In this document: positions 28,719 through 40,900 of the stretch, piece after piece
Numbering within the stretch: position 1 is the stretch's first letter
How the letters are laid out: every line of letters starts with the position of its first letter
NCBI GenBank assembly: GCA_963665115.1
Contig: OY762007.1
Location: 4,960,001 to 5,024,000 of the forward strand
DNA from: an uncultured Rivularia sp.
GTDB taxonomy: Bacteria > Cyanobacteriota > Cyanobacteriia > Cyanobacteriales > Nostocaceae
Reading direction: 5' to 3'
Length of the DNA: 64,000 bases
The notes under the pieces: generated by a model
What the model was told of the DNA's origin: nothing
The model's input: the letters and a program-made list of their open reading frames with translations, nothing else
The model's database searches: none
Made by a program: the position numbers and the translations under genes

Positions 28719-30858
28719 CTATGCAAAACCTCTAGCAATCGCTAAAGCCCTTCGCACCGCCGCATCGGCATTTATAAACCCGTTACCATAAGCCTCGTCA
28801 TAGCCTTTCTTACCTAAATCAAAAGCTGTTTCGGAGATAATTGCTTTTACTTGCCCTGCGCTCAAATTGGAATTAACACTCCATACTAACGAAGCAACTC
28901 CGGAAACGTTTGCTGTAGAAGCTGAAGTTCCATTGAATTTTTCGTTGTAACCAAAATCAAACTTACCTGAATCGTTACGATCTGCGCTGGTTGTAACAAA
29001 CTCAGATGGAGCAGTTACGGTTAAACCCTTACCGTAATTTGAACCCCACCAGTTATCATAAGAAACCCTTTCACCTGGTGTTTTAGCATTACCATACCAG
29101 TCTTGAGTTCCCCAAGAAGAACCGACAGCCACCACATTACCGTATTTCGCCGCTAAATCTGCGGGGACTGGCAATTTTATTACTATCACCATTACCAGCA
29201 GCAATTACAAATAAAGCTTTATCCTGGTTATCTGCAATTAGTTGCTCAAATTCTGCTGAGTAACCACCAGCCAAACTGATATTAACTACTAAACGTTTGC
29301 CCTGAGCGTTAGCTTTGTCTATCATGGCTTGCGTTGCAGTAGCCAAGTTGTAATCTAGGGCATCTTCCCCAACGACATCAACGTGCATCAAGTCAGAATT
29401 CCAGTTGATACCTGCCCCTCCTTTTTTATTATTGCTTTTAGCTGCAATACTTCCTTGTACTAAAGTTCCATGAGAAAAATCGCCCCACTCATCGAGGTAG
29501 TTTTTACCAATAAAATCAGTTTTACGTAAATCTGAATGAATTTTTCCACTACTATTAGTTCCCAAACCCGTATCTTGGATACCAATCATTACATTATCTG
29601 TACCCTTAGTAAACCGCCATGCATTATGAACTCCCATTCCATGCAAATTCCACTGCTTGCTAAATTGAGGGTCATTAGGATTTACTGATAAATTGATCGT
29701 AGTATCGGCAAATTTTATTGCTTCAATGCCTTCAAACAGAATCTCACTACCATCGCCAAGCGTCAAGGCATCAAATATTCGATTGCCATTCCCCGAATTG
29801 TAAGCGATACCTCCATTCGGATTGGTTGCATAATTAAAGGCAGCTGAAGTTGAAGCAAATTGGGATAAATCAATTAAATCCCGCGCTCCACTACCATAAT
29901 CAAAATTACCGTTACCCGAAAAAATTGTCCGACTGTAACCCGATTGGAATGTAAAGGTATCGGCTCTCAAAGTTCCTACTTGACTGCGCTTACCTTCTGC
30001 ACTTTGAGGTATGGGTGATGAAGTCGGAATCGGTGATACTTGAACAGCTGCGGTTACGGCTTCATTCCCAATAGAAGTAGGAATTGACTGGCGTAATGCC
30101 GAAGGCATCAAGCTTCGCTTATCGCCTTTGTTTGAAGTTATTTGTGATAGTGAAGATGCACTTACATCGAGGTTGTAGAAAGTCTCGCTGTTGCTGTAGG
30201 AATTTACCTGTAGGTAATAAGTTCCGGCTTCTAAAGTTTGAGCAATTAGCTCCGAAGCAGTACCGATATTAACCGAGCTAGCAAGAATATTTCCTTGACT
30301 CGACAGCAACCGCAAATCAGCATCAGCACTCAAACCGTCAACTACAACTTTAAACTCACTGGTACCAGCAAGATTAAACCTGTAATAGTCGTCTGAATCT
30401 AGTTTGCCTACCCAATCGCTAATACTTTTGCCCTGGGAATCTACAGCAACTTCACGAGCATCATTAAAAGTATTTCCCGCACTGTCAAACGGTACTGCTG
30501 AAACACTTAAACGATAATTGGTTTGTATATTGCCGTAAGGATAAACTTCAACATAGTAATTTCCAGCAGCTAAATCGGTGCTAATAGATTCAGCTAGCTT
30601 ACCTCCATTATTGGAATAAGCGATAGTTTCGCCTTTATCAAATTTCCCATTCGCATTTTTATCCTGAATCAGCTTTACGTCTGCATCCGCACTTAAGCTA
30701 TCAAGGGTGAGATTAAAACTGCTACGTCCTTTCAAACTGAAACGATATAAATCATTTGCTTCCAAACTACTTACTGTATCAGTAATTGTTTGAATAGTAG
30801 TATTAATACGTAGCTGGCTTGCTGAATCTGAAAGCCTTATTGGAAGAGTTTCTGACAT
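28719..30858 (-). CDS. PPC-PPC-S8 serine peptidase, split by a +1 frameshift at 29163-29166
   Basis: Two PPC domains, IQDTG, HGT.V, AAGN in ORF 29137-30903; NGTSAS in ORF 28719-29204; removing one base restores IASPADLAAKY. Confidence 0.85.
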
Positions 30859-31681
30859 GTTTATCAAATCCGAAGAAACGGTATTTATACATTCAATATC
30901 CATAAGTACTCTCTTTTTGTGTAAAAAAAGAGACTCTGCGTCTACTTTAACCTCAAACCTATAATAAATTTACTTAATCTTCATGAAAACTTTGAATTAA
31001 TAAAATTGTCTATCTAGAGAAAATACTCAGGTTTTTCTTTTGATAAGAAAAATTATAGTGCGATTTTATTGTTACGTGTTTTCCCCATCTAAAGTTATTT
31101 ATGGCTTATTTCTAGATATGGGTAAAATGAAAAGCTATGTACGATAGATGGACATGAATTATACCTTAATTATAAACTTTTACAAAATGTTTTTGTGTAT
31201 AGTTTTGTTTTTCACTTAATTATTGCCTCTATTGTTTTGGCTAATACGTTGTAATTTGATGCTCCCTCGGAAGATGAATACTTATTTAATCTGTTGTCAA
31301 AAAATATAGTTATTTATATATAAGCTGTTATTTGCTGCGTCAATTGAAATGAAAGTTGATCGAAATAAATTAAGATAACAATCTAGCTAAATATAAAAAA
31401 CGCTTTTTTACTGGTGCGGGAGTAAGAAAACTAATTTTTTTAATTTTTAGCCAAGTAAGGCATAAATGGGCTTAAATATTTTTAGTTAAATGTAGAATTT
31501 ATGCTTGAGATGGTAAAAATTTTGTAAACTACATTATAAGAATCCGAAAACGGTTAATTGAAGTAGGGAAAGCTAACGCCCTACGGGTTGAGAACAGGTA
31601 AAGGTTGATATTGTACCTTGGCGTATGGACGGTTAATTGCAATACTTATGATGTAAAACAAACATTAGTAGAAAATAGCTG

Positions 31682-32456
31682 ATGCTGTCTTTATCCGATT
31701 TTTCTAATTCCTGGCTGATAGCAGTGGGATTGAACGCCGTACTTTTAGGTATAGTTTGGCTGGCACCAAAGAAACTGCTTACTCCTGCTGGAATACTTAA
31801 TGCCTGGTTGCTGGGTGTTTTGATTTGGGGAACGCTTGGTTTGAGGGGATATGCAGTAGTTTGCGCTTATTTTATAGTTGGTTCTGCTGTTACCCGTATC
31901 GGGATGGCACAAAAAGAAGCTGAGGGAATTGCCGAAAAGCGTTCCGGTGCAAGAGGCCCCAGAAAACGTTTGGGGTTCGGCTTTTACCGCAGCATTATGC
32001 GCCGTGGCCATAGGAATTATTAATTGGCAAGGAAGCGAAACTGTTTTTCTCAGTTCGTTACTTATCTTGGGTTACGTCGCAAGTTTCTGCACCAAGCTTT
32101 CCGATACCTGTGCTAGTGAAGTTGGGAAAGCCTACGGTAAGCGGACTTTTTTGATTACCACTTTACAGTCAGTGCCCAGAGGAACCGAAGGAGCAGTCAG
32201 CCTCGAAGGAACCCTTGCTGGAATCTTCGCTTCGGTGGTGCTGGCAATGCTTGGTTGGGGAGTTGGTTTAATCGATGTATGGGGTATTATATGGTGTGTA
32301 TTGGCAGCATTTATTGCCACTAATTTAGAAAGCGTAATTGGAGCGACTTTGCAATCCCGATGGCAGTGGTTAACTAATGAATTAGTTAATGTTCTCAACA
32401 CCTTGATAGGAGCTGCTGCTGCAATGCTATTTGCATGGATAATGGCAAATGTTTGA
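31682..32456 (+). CDS. TIGR00297/DUF92 membrane protein, split by a +1 frameshift at 31957-31960
   Basis: EKRSGARG|PENVWGS junction; TKLSDTCASEVGKAYG, GTEGAVSLEGT. Confidence 0.85.
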
Positions 32457-32665
32457 AATATAATGTTTTCTTACATAGAAGTTGTTAAAAAATCGGTAAC
32501 TCTACAAGTATTTGTACGCAGCATTTATCAAGATTTGTTGCGCTATTGCTGTAAGACAACTTTGCATTCTTCGCAGCATTATCCTTCCGCCCGTGTCAGT
32601 TGAATACGATTGCTTTTGATTTTAGCTCTGTATATTTTTTCAGGTATTTTCTAAGTATTAAGTTT

Positions 32666-33424
32666 ATGGAATCTTCATCGTTTTTAACTGTTGATGACCG
32701 GCTCATTTCAGTAAAGCAGGCAGTACAACACTTACAGATTAGTGGAAAATTAGGTCAGTTTATTAGGGATATTCTGCGTCAGGATGTAATCGAACAAGAA
32801 ATTGAAGCAAGAGAAGAAATTGAACTTTCCCCCGCTTTAACCGAACAAGCAATTATTGATTTTCGGCTCAAGAATGGGCTTAGCGAGCAACAGAAGTTTC
32901 AGGATTGGTTAAACAATAGCGGTACCGATTATGGTACGTTTCACTCCACAGTTGCTTTTGGGTTTAAGTTAGAGAAACTTAAAACTTTAGTGGCAGAGCC
33001 AAAAATTGCAGAATATTTTATTGAAAGAAAGATTTTTTTAGATAGGGTGGTACTTTCTCGGATTATTGTTGATAATCGAGAGTTAGCTGAGGAGTTACAC
33101 ACCCAAATCGAAGAAGGAACTGGTTTTGAGCAGCTAGCTAGGGAATATTCGGTTTCTGACGATAAGATTGTCAACGGCATGATGGGACCAGTCAGCCGCG
33201 GAACAATGCCGGATAAACTTCGAGCAGCTGTAGATGTAGCCACTCCTGGGGATATTTTAGGTCCTGTAGAACTAGAGGAACGATATGGATTGTTTCGCTT
33301 GGAACAGCTATTACCAGCATCATTAGAAGATACTCAACTTAAGCAAGCACTACAAAATGAACTGTTTGAGAAATGGCTAGCAGAGAAAATTCAAAAGCTG
33401 ACAGTCAAACTGCAAGTAAAATAA
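32666..33424 (+). CDS. PpiC/parvulin-type peptidylprolyl isomerase associated with type I secretion
   Basis: LAEEL..QIEEG..FEQLAREYS......GG-like, GP.E......L.R; directly upstream of an HlyB-type ABC transporter. Confidence 0.85.
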   Translation: MESSSFLTVDDRLISVKQAVQHLQISGKLGQFIRDILRQDVIEQEIEAREEIELSPALTEQAIIDFRLKNGLSEQQKFQDWLNNSGTDYGTFHSTVAFGFKLEKLKTLVAEPKIAEYFIERKIFLDRVVLSRIIVDNRELAEELHTQIEEGTGFEQLAREYSVSDDKIVNGMMGPVSRGTMPDKLRAAVDVATPGDILGPVELEERYGLFRLEQLLPASLEDTQLKQALQNELFEKWLAEKIQKLTVKLQVK

Positions 33425-36126
33425 ACGTTTCAAATAAGGTTTCAGATAATCAATCATTACAAGCAACAGTGTTAGCTTCGCCCTTCTGGAACCAACCACC
33501 TTTATGCTGGCTGAGTGACGAACAAAAAACCCTGTTGCAAAACCAATCGGATATTCTTGATTTTCGTTTGGGAGAGAAAATTTGGTACCAAGAAGCAGTT
33601 GGTTATCAATTTCTCATTGTTTCAGGTAAAGTTCGCCTGCGTGAAGAAGGCATTGGTAAACCTTTAGCGACCTTAAAACCAGGACAATGGTTCGGCGACT
33701 TAAATAATTATCCCACAGAATGTAAAGCTGTAGCAGCGAGTAAAGAAGTTTTAGTGCTGCGTACCAGTACGGATTTATGGGCAGAATTATCAACCCCGCA
33801 GATTGAACAGTTTTGGCATGGGGAGGAGACGAGTGCAGAAGGAGACAAGGAGACAAGGGGACAACGGGAGGATATAGAAATAAATTCTCCCCCACGCCAC
33901 TTTGCTCAACGGGGGGAACCCCCGCACGCAAGTGGTTCCTCTTCCCCCTCTTCCCCCTCTTCCCCCTCTCCCCCTCCCCCCATTCTCCCCACCCATCCCA
34001 TCACATCCGGTTATCCCTTCGTCTCCAGCGCCAACAGTGCTGCTGCTTGCTTGACAATGGTGGCGCAGTATTTGGAAATTTCGGTGAAGTTGGAGTGGGT
34101 ACAGCGTCAAGTGCGATCGCAACGTCCCAAACAAGTTATCGAAGCTGCTGAAAAGCTGGGTTTGGTGCTGCGGAGGTTACAGGTTGATTGGGATGATTTA
34201 CAAAAACTTTCTTTTCCAGCTTTATTGTTGTGGGGTAATTCGGAGCAAGCTAATTGGGTGGTTGCTTATGCACGTAAAGGCAATAACTTGATTGTTGCTA
34301 ATCCGCAAAACCCCGATTTTACTTGCGAAAGCGTATCCCGTGAAGAACTTGAGAGCTTTTGGAATGGCTATTTATGGCAAGTAGAACAAACTCAAAAGCA
34401 AGAAAGGTTTAATTTAAGTTGGTTTTTACCAGCAGTTTGGCAATACAAAGGTTTACTTACAGAAGTATTGCTGGCATCTTTCACTTTGCAGTTGCTGGGA
34501 TTAACCACACCGCTAATTACTCAAGTCATCATCGATAAAGTCATGGTGCAAGAGAGTTTAGCCACTCTCGACGTAATGGCGATCGCCCTCCTCTTAGTAG
34601 CGGTATTTGAGTCGTTGCTGGGTATTCTACGTTTATTTATTTTTACCCATACAGCACGTCGCTTGGATTTGAGTTTGTCAGCGCAGCTATTTCGCCACTT
34701 GATGCGCTTGCCTTTATCTTATTTCGAGTCACGACGGGTAGGAGATACCGTAGCAAGGGTTCAAGAATTAGAACAAATCCGTCAGTTTCTCACGGGTACG
34801 GCATTAACAGTAGTTCTTGACAGTATATTTGCTGTAGTTTACCTGGTACTAATGTTTTACTACAGCAGTACACTTACCTTTGTAGCGCTGGCAGTACTGC
34901 CGTTATTTGCCATATTAACCCTGACAGCAACGCCAATTCTCCGCAAATGGCTGAACGAAACTTTTAATAGAAGCGCTGACAGTCAATCATTCCTAGTAGA
35001 AACAATTACGGGAATTCACTCGGTAAAAGCACACGCAGCCGAACCTGCAACCAGGGATAGATGGGAAGGTTTATTTGCGCGGTTTATTCGTACTGGTTTC
35101 AAAGCTTCCACAACTTCCAATATCAGCAGTAACATCGGCGACTTTCTGACCAAATTTTCTAGCCTGTTGATACTTTGGTTTGGAGCCAAATTAGTTATTG
35201 ATGGCAACTTTACCGTAGGGCAATTAGTAGCTTTTCAAATGCTTTCCGGAAGAGTTACCGGACCTTTATTAAGATTAGTTCAACTGTGGCAAAATTTACA
35301 GCAAGTACTGTTATCGGTAGATAGAATCGGCGACATTCTCAACGTTTCCCCAGAAGCTGAACCGGGAACCGGATTAGTACTGCCACCCCTCGAAGGTGAA
35401 GTCACATTCGATCAAGTATTCTTCCGTTACAAAGCTAATACCGAACCAATTCTCAAAGGGATTTCCTTTCACGTAGAACCCGGTCAATTTGTCGGTATAG
35501 TCGGACGAAGCGGTTCCGGCAAAAGCACGCTTTCCAAACTGCTACAGCGGCTTTATCAAATTGAATCCGGACGTATTTTAATTGATGGTTTCGAGCTTAA
35601 AAGCGTTGACTTAGCTTCCTTGCGGCAACAGATAGGCGTGGTTTTGCAAGAAGACTTTTTGTTTAACGGCAGCATCCTAGAAAATATAACTTTAGGAAAC
35701 CCCGAAATCGGTGCCGAGCAAGTAGTGCAAGCCGCAAGAATGGCAGTAGCTCACGACTTCATCAGCGAACTACCCCAAGGCTACGAAAGCAACGTCGGTG
35801 AAAGAGGTACCGCATTATCCGGTGGGCAAAGACAGCGCGTTGCTTTAGCCAGATTATTCCTTTTGCAAACACCAATATTAATTTTGGACGAAGCAACCAG
35901 CGCATTAGATAGCGAAACTGAACAACAGGTATTGCAAAACTTACAAAATACCACCGAAGATAAAACGGTATTTTTAATTGCCCATCGTTTCGCACCATTG
36001 AAACGCGCCGACATGATTTTGGTGATGGAAAAAGGAATTATTGTTGAAAGAGGAACCCACGATGAATTATTGCAGCAGAAAGGGTTGTATTATTCCCTTT
36101 ATCAAAAGCAGCAAATGAACGTTTAA
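33373..36126 (+). CDS. Type I secretion ABC transporter (cNMP-like + C39-like + TMD + ATPase)
   Basis: AACLTMV C39-like domain, RRVGD..ARV.EL, GRSGSGKST, LSGGQRQR, LILDEATSALD. Confidence 0.92.
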   Translation: MASRENSKADSQTASKINVSNKVSDNQSLQATVLASPFWNQPPLCWLSDEQKTLLQNQSDILDFRLGEKIWYQEAVGYQFLIVSGKVRLREEGIGKPLATLKPGQWFGDLNNYPTECKAVAASKEVLVLRTSTDLWAELSTPQIEQFWHGEETSAEGDKETRGQREDIEINSPPRHFAQRGEPPHASGSSSPSSPSSPSPPPPILPTHPITSGYPFVSSANSAAACLTMVAQYLEISVKLEWVQRQVRSQRPKQVIEAAEKLGLVLRRLQVDWDDLQKLSFPALLLWGNSEQANWVVAYARKGNNLIVANPQNPDFTCESVSREELESFWNGYLWQVEQTQKQERFNLSWFLPAVWQYKGLLTEVLLASFTLQLLGLTTPLITQVIIDKVMVQESLATLDVMAIALLLVAVFESLLGILRLFIFTHTARRLDLSLSAQLFRHLMRLPLSYFESRRVGDTVARVQELEQIRQFLTGTALTVVLDSIFAVVYLVLMFYYSSTLTFVALAVLPLFAILTLTATPILRKWLNETFNRSADSQSFLVETITGIHSVKAHAAEPATRDRWEGLFARFIRTGFKASTTSNISSNIGDFLTKFSSLLILWFGAKLVIDGNFTVGQLVAFQMLSGRVTGPLLRLVQLWQNLQQVLLSVDRIGDILNVSPEAEPGTGLVLPPLEGEVTFDQVFFRYKANTEPILKGISFHVEPGQFVGIVGRSGSGKSTLSKLLQRLYQIESGRILIDGFELKSVDLASLRQQIGVVLQEDFLFNGSILENITLGNPEIGAEQVVQAARMAVAHDFISELPQGYESNVGERGTALSGGQRQRVALARLFLLQTPILILDEATSALDSETEQQVLQNLQNTTEDKTVFLIAHRFAPLKRADMILVMEKGIIVERGTHDELLQQKGLYYSLYQKQQMNV
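33894..33938 (+). repeat. SDR5-like small dispersed repeat inserted in frame in the ABC transporter linker
   Basis: ACGCCACTTTGCTCAACGGGGGGAACCCCCGCACGCAAGTGGTTC; relatives at ~36327-36430, ~37685-37732 (inverted) and ~57125-57172. Confidence 0.7.
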
Positions 36127-36309
36127 AAGAGTTAGTGGTTAGTTGTTAGTTGATAGTTGTTAGTTTTGTAGGGGAGGCAAAATGGGGTGTAGATTCTCTT
36201 CCCCCATTATTGCCGTTGTGTAACGGCTTGAATATTTATTAATAGAAACTGTAAATTTAAAAATGCCGTTACGCACCATTAACTTACCGAAAAATCTCTC
36301 ATTACTTTT

Positions 36310-36447
36310 TCCTCTGCGCTCTCTGCACGCCACTTGCCTGACTGTCGGGAAACCCCTCCGGGTGAAACACTTTGCTTATGCCGGGGAACTCGTCCACCGC
36401 AAGTGTTTCACCGCCCAACGCAGTGGCTTGTCAAGCATCGGTTTTTT
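36310..36447 (+). repeat. Composite SDR5-like repeat with a nested second copy
   Basis: Inverted counterpart of 37671-37748, plus an internal insert GGTGAAACACTTTGC...GCAAGTGTTTCACC. Confidence 0.75.
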
Positions 36448-36482
36448 CTCCTTAATAATCTTCCGCTAAAACGAGTAAAATA

Positions 36483-37088
36483 TCACTTTAATTTACTTTT
36501 GACATAACTGATTCCATTATCAAACCTAAATAACATTAAGCAGTCATATGAATTTAACGATTCTTTAATATCTGGATCATCAAAATCTTTAGAGTTTCTA
36601 TTCAAAAAACAACGCTGTCTTTCATCTGACTTCTTTATATGGTCAGGTACTGAAGCGTACACTATAGAGTCTTGAGGTTCGAGATTATATTCTGACTGAT
36701 ATTTGATAGCTTCTGTAAGTATTTCCGCTGTTAAAGGAATAATTTTACAAACCTCTAATATTTTTTCTATCAAAGCATCAAGCCTTCGCTTTTGTTCTTC
36801 TTGGCTGCTTATCAAAAATGCTGTAGTATCCTCAAAAGTACGGATTTGTTCTTGATAAGGTAGCGAGCGACTTAATTGAGAAAGTTCCTTTTTCAAATCC
36901 TGAGATAATTTCTGACGTTTCTTATTATTACGAATAAGCGTTTCATATGGTTCTGCTAAACTAAAGGCAGGTACAATCAAAGTTATTTGTTTTACTTGTG
37001 CTAAATCGAGTAACTCTTGACAACTTTCGTGTTGTTCTTGTAGAAGCGCAAGTTCTAAAACAAAATTAGATTCTACGTAAACATTCAT
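36483..37088 (-). CDS. PIN-like domain protein
   Basis: VYVESNFVLE, VPAFSLAE, QDSIVYAS, FLNRNSKDF acidic PIN pattern. Confidence 0.7.
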   Translation of the reverse strand: MNVYVESNFVLELALLQEQHESCQELLDLAQVKQITLIVPAFSLAEPYETLIRNNKKRQKLSQDLKKELSQLSRSLPYQEQIRTFEDTTAFLISSQEEQKRRLDALIEKILEVCKIIPLTAEILTEAIKYQSEYNLEPQDSIVYASVPDHIKKSDERQRCFLNRNSKDFDDPDIKESLNSYDCLMLFRFDNGISYVKSKLK

Positions 37089-37093
37089 GTAAA

Positions 37094-37549
37094 TTACACC
37101 AGCACAGAAGATTCTATATAACCACCATGAATTACATCAAACAACCCCGAATCAATCAGCCAATCTTGGTAATCGAGCGAAAGCAAATCAACCGATGGTA
37201 CAGTAATAATTTGTGTTAACCATGAAGAAACTATTAACTCCAAACTTGCTCCAGAAATCTTAGATGGTGAAACATGAGCTTTTCTGTAATATGGCTCTAG
37301 AAAAAATAAGAAATTAATTTCATAAGTTGGCTCTATAGCTTCAATTGAAATACCGACATCTTTCCACAAATAAAATTTATCTGAAAGTGCTAATAAAAAA
37401 AAGCGTGTTTCCGGTAATAACCCGTGAGCATACATATTACGACGCATTTGAGCAGCCCAATTGCTAGACGTACCGTGTCTACTTTTTACTTCAACCAAAA
37501 GTTGTAAATTTTTATCTTTTCCGTATACTGCTATATCCGCATAATTCAT
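37094..37549 (-). CDS. Hypothetical protein with PD-(D/E)XK-like motif
   Basis: ADIAVY......LLVEVK; 5 nt from the PIN gene. Confidence 0.55.
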   Translation of the reverse strand: MNYADIAVYGKDKNLQLLVEVKSRHGTSSNWAAQMRRNMYAHGLLPETRFFLLALSDKFYLWKDVGISIEAIEPTYEINFLFFLEPYYRKAHVSPSKISGASLELIVSSWLTQIITVPSVDLLSLDYQDWLIDSGLFDVIHGGYIESSVLV

Positions 37550-37670
37550 TCATATCACCTGAATTTCATATTTTATAACTCTTTTATTTTAAATTACTCT
37601 TTGGGTGTTTCTACACGAAAGAAGTTGTCTGCTTTTACATCAATTCGTTTGTTAGAGAAAATTATTGATT

Positions 37671-37748
37671 AAAAAACCGCAGAGACAAGCCACTGCGTTG
37701 GGCGGGTTTCCCGACTTGTAGCAAGTGGCGTGCGGAGAGCGCAGAGGA
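37671..37748 (-). repeat. SDR5-like repeat, inverted relative to 36310-36447
   Basis: Reverse complement TCCTCTGCGCTCTCCGCACGCCACTTGCTACAAGTCGGGAAACCCGCCCAACGCAGTGGCTTGTC. Confidence 0.75.
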
Positions 37749-37910
37749 AAGAAATACAGAGAAATATTCTTCCTAAACAAGATATTTAAACCATCCGGAA
37801 TAATACCTAAAAAATTGTATTCAGAAGAGCGTTGTAGTTAAATTTACTGTTGCAATCCAATAAAAAGCTACACCTCAGATAATCTAATTATTTTGTATTA
37901 TTTCCCAGTT

Positions 37911-40900
37911 ATGGTTAAATATCAGGGCTTCTTTAAACAATCTTTTATACTTTTTCCTATTACGTTTCTGCTGATATTTTTTCTTTCCTTTCCTTGGGTA
38001 AATGCTCAACAAATACCAAAGCCGAAGCAGTGGCAGATTAACGGCATTGCGGCTGCTTTAGATGATGATTATGATGTAGTAAAAAAAGATGCTTGGAGCA
38101 AATTATCAGAATATGAAGCTCAAGATTTAAAACTTTTACTCAGGAAACGGTCGGATGTTGCTAAAAAAGCTATTAATATTCTCAAAGATAAATCGGTTGA
38201 CTCAGAAATTCGTGGCAGTGCAGCAGTAGCGTTAGAGAAGATGGGAGATGCTGCCAAACCATATGTTAAAGATATTGCCGATATTCTCAAAAATAAATCA
38301 GTTGACTGGTATGTTCGTAGGAATGCAGCAGTCGCGTTAGGGAATATGGGAGATGCTGCCAAACCATACGTTAAAGATATTGCCGATATTCTCAAAAATA
38401 AATCAGTTAACTGGAATGTTCGTAGGAATGCAGCACAAGCATTAGGAGATATGGAGGATGCTGCCAAACCTTATGTCAAAGATATTCTCGACTTTCTTAA
38501 AGATAAATCCGTTGACTCACTAGTTCGTAATAATGCAGCATATGCATTAAGAAATATGGGAGATGCTGCTAAACCTTATGTCAAAGATATTACCGATATT
38601 CTCAAAGATAAATCCGTTGACTCACTAATTCGTGATAATGCAGCATATGCATTGGGAAATATGGGAGATGCTGCCAAACCCTACGTTAAAGATATCCTCA
38701 ATATAATCAAAGATAAATCCGTTGACTCACTAATTCGTAGTAATGCAGCAGAGGTATTAGGAAATATGGGAGATGCTGCCAAACCCTACGTTAAAGATAT
38801 CCTCAATATAATCAAAGATAAATCTGTTGACTCAGGAATTCGTAGTAGTGCAGCAGAGGCATTAGGAAATATGGGAGATGTTGCCAAACCCTACGTTAAA
38901 GATATCCTCAATATAATCAAAGATAAATCTGTTGACTCAGAATTTGGTATTTTTGACTCAACAGTTCCTATCAATGCAGCACAAGCTTTAGGCAATATGG
39001 GGGATGCTGCGAAACCCTACATTAAAGACATCCTCAATATAATCAAAGATAAATCTGTTGACTCAGATGTTCGTAGTGGTGCAGCGCAAGCATTGGGGAA
39101 TATACGACAATTAGAACTAAAAGAAGTTGTTATCGTTCTTGATAATATCTATTTCGATGGTCATCTAATTATTCCAAAATGGCGTTTCTTAACCTACTAC
39201 CTTGCTGGTGGTACCGACGAAGTAAAAACCCTACTCAAATGGACTGGTTTCCCCAAAAAAGTCCCCGATAAACTAACTCACAAGGAAGCCGTTGCAACCC
39301 TAAAAATCTTCGCCAAAGTATGGCAACCCACCCAAGATTTACCTAGATTACGAAATGATTTAGCAAGAAAGATTGCTTTAGTCGCAAAAAGAGCATCTTG
39401 GCAACCCCAAGACATTATCCTACTCGAACAACATCACCGCAGCCTCCAACAAGCACGTTATAGCGAAGCCGATACCCTACAGTCGGTAATCATTAACGTC
39501 AAGGGTTGGAGATGGTTTTTTAACTTCAGAAATATCATCTTAATCCATGCTGCTTTCTGGCTGTTACTCATCTTCGCTTACCCCAAATCTCCCCAAATCC
39601 AAGCTATCTTTTTCTGGAATCCTTGGGTAAGACGCATTTTTGGTATGGGTTATGTCGGCTTTCTCCTTGCTTGGATTCCCTTTCTTCGTCGTAAATTATT
39701 TCAACCTTTCCAACCTTCTTTACTTGCTGATGCTGGTTTAAACAACTTTGACGAACAAGTATATTTTCCCGAATCTGGTGTTTCAGAAACGCAAAAAACC
39801 GAATCTTCATCAAAAATTACCCCAATTTCCCAAGCAATTCCCAATATCCAAGGTGAAATTGTACTGCAAGGAGATTCCGGTTTGGGTAAATCGATGTTTC
39901 TCCGCTACCTTGCGAAAACCTCGAAACGAATTGTCGTATATTTACCCGCTCGCAAGTGCGATAAAGGTGTAATTGAAGCGATTCAAATCAAGCTGCACGG
40001 ACAAACACAAGATGCTCAATTTCTCAAAAACCTGATTTACAGCGGCGCGATTGATATCTGTATTGACGGGACTCAACGAAGTTTCCGCTGATACCCGCGC
40101 TCAAATTAAACAGTTTGTAGAAAGCTATTTCCGGGGTAATATTATCATCACTACCCAACCCTTGGAATGGGAACCACCTTCTACTGCTAAAACTTATTAT
40201 TTACAACCTTTACAAGAATCGCAAATTCAACAGTTTCTATATTCTCGCGAACTACATCTTCCCCATGATGCCAAAATCAAAGGTAGCGATTACCAAAAAA
40301 ATTGCGATCGCTATCTTGATAAAAGCTTGAATACTCCACAAACACCAGAAGAATTAACCGCTGTCAAACGGATTCTTTCCAACCCAATGGATTTAACGTT
40401 AGTTGCTCTGATGCTTTCCCAAGGGGAACATCCCGATTTATTCCACCTGCAAGAACAACAATACAACTTGATGGCAGAAGAATACGAACGATTTTGGAAA
40501 CAGGATTTTCCCCTCAAACAGTTTTCCGAAGCCGTTTATCAAATGCGGGTTAATGATGAAAGCGCTTTACCAGATGATGAATTTTACAACGAATTAGTTT
40601 GTATGGAAGACGAGAAATACAAAATGGTAGTCAGCCGTCAGTGGCAAGATTGCTACGGTGAAGCTCAGAAAGAATGGTATTTTCGTCACGATAAAATCAT
40701 GGATTACTTTATCGTTCAAACCTTCCTCGGCGAAAATGATGAAGCAGAATCTAGATTAATAGATAACATTGGCGAGCCGCGTTTTCGCGGAGTTTATTTT
40801 CTTTTGGCAACTTTACTACGTTTGAATGAAGCTAAAGATTTACGAGAAAAGTTGATCGATTACGCAGCCGATACTAAAGACCATACCGTCAGCGATACTT

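Noticed and set aside
38180..39110. Tandem ~105-nt repeats as a CRISPR array or DGR
   Set aside because: In-frame coding repeats with no unique spacers, no cas genes and no adenine-specific variation
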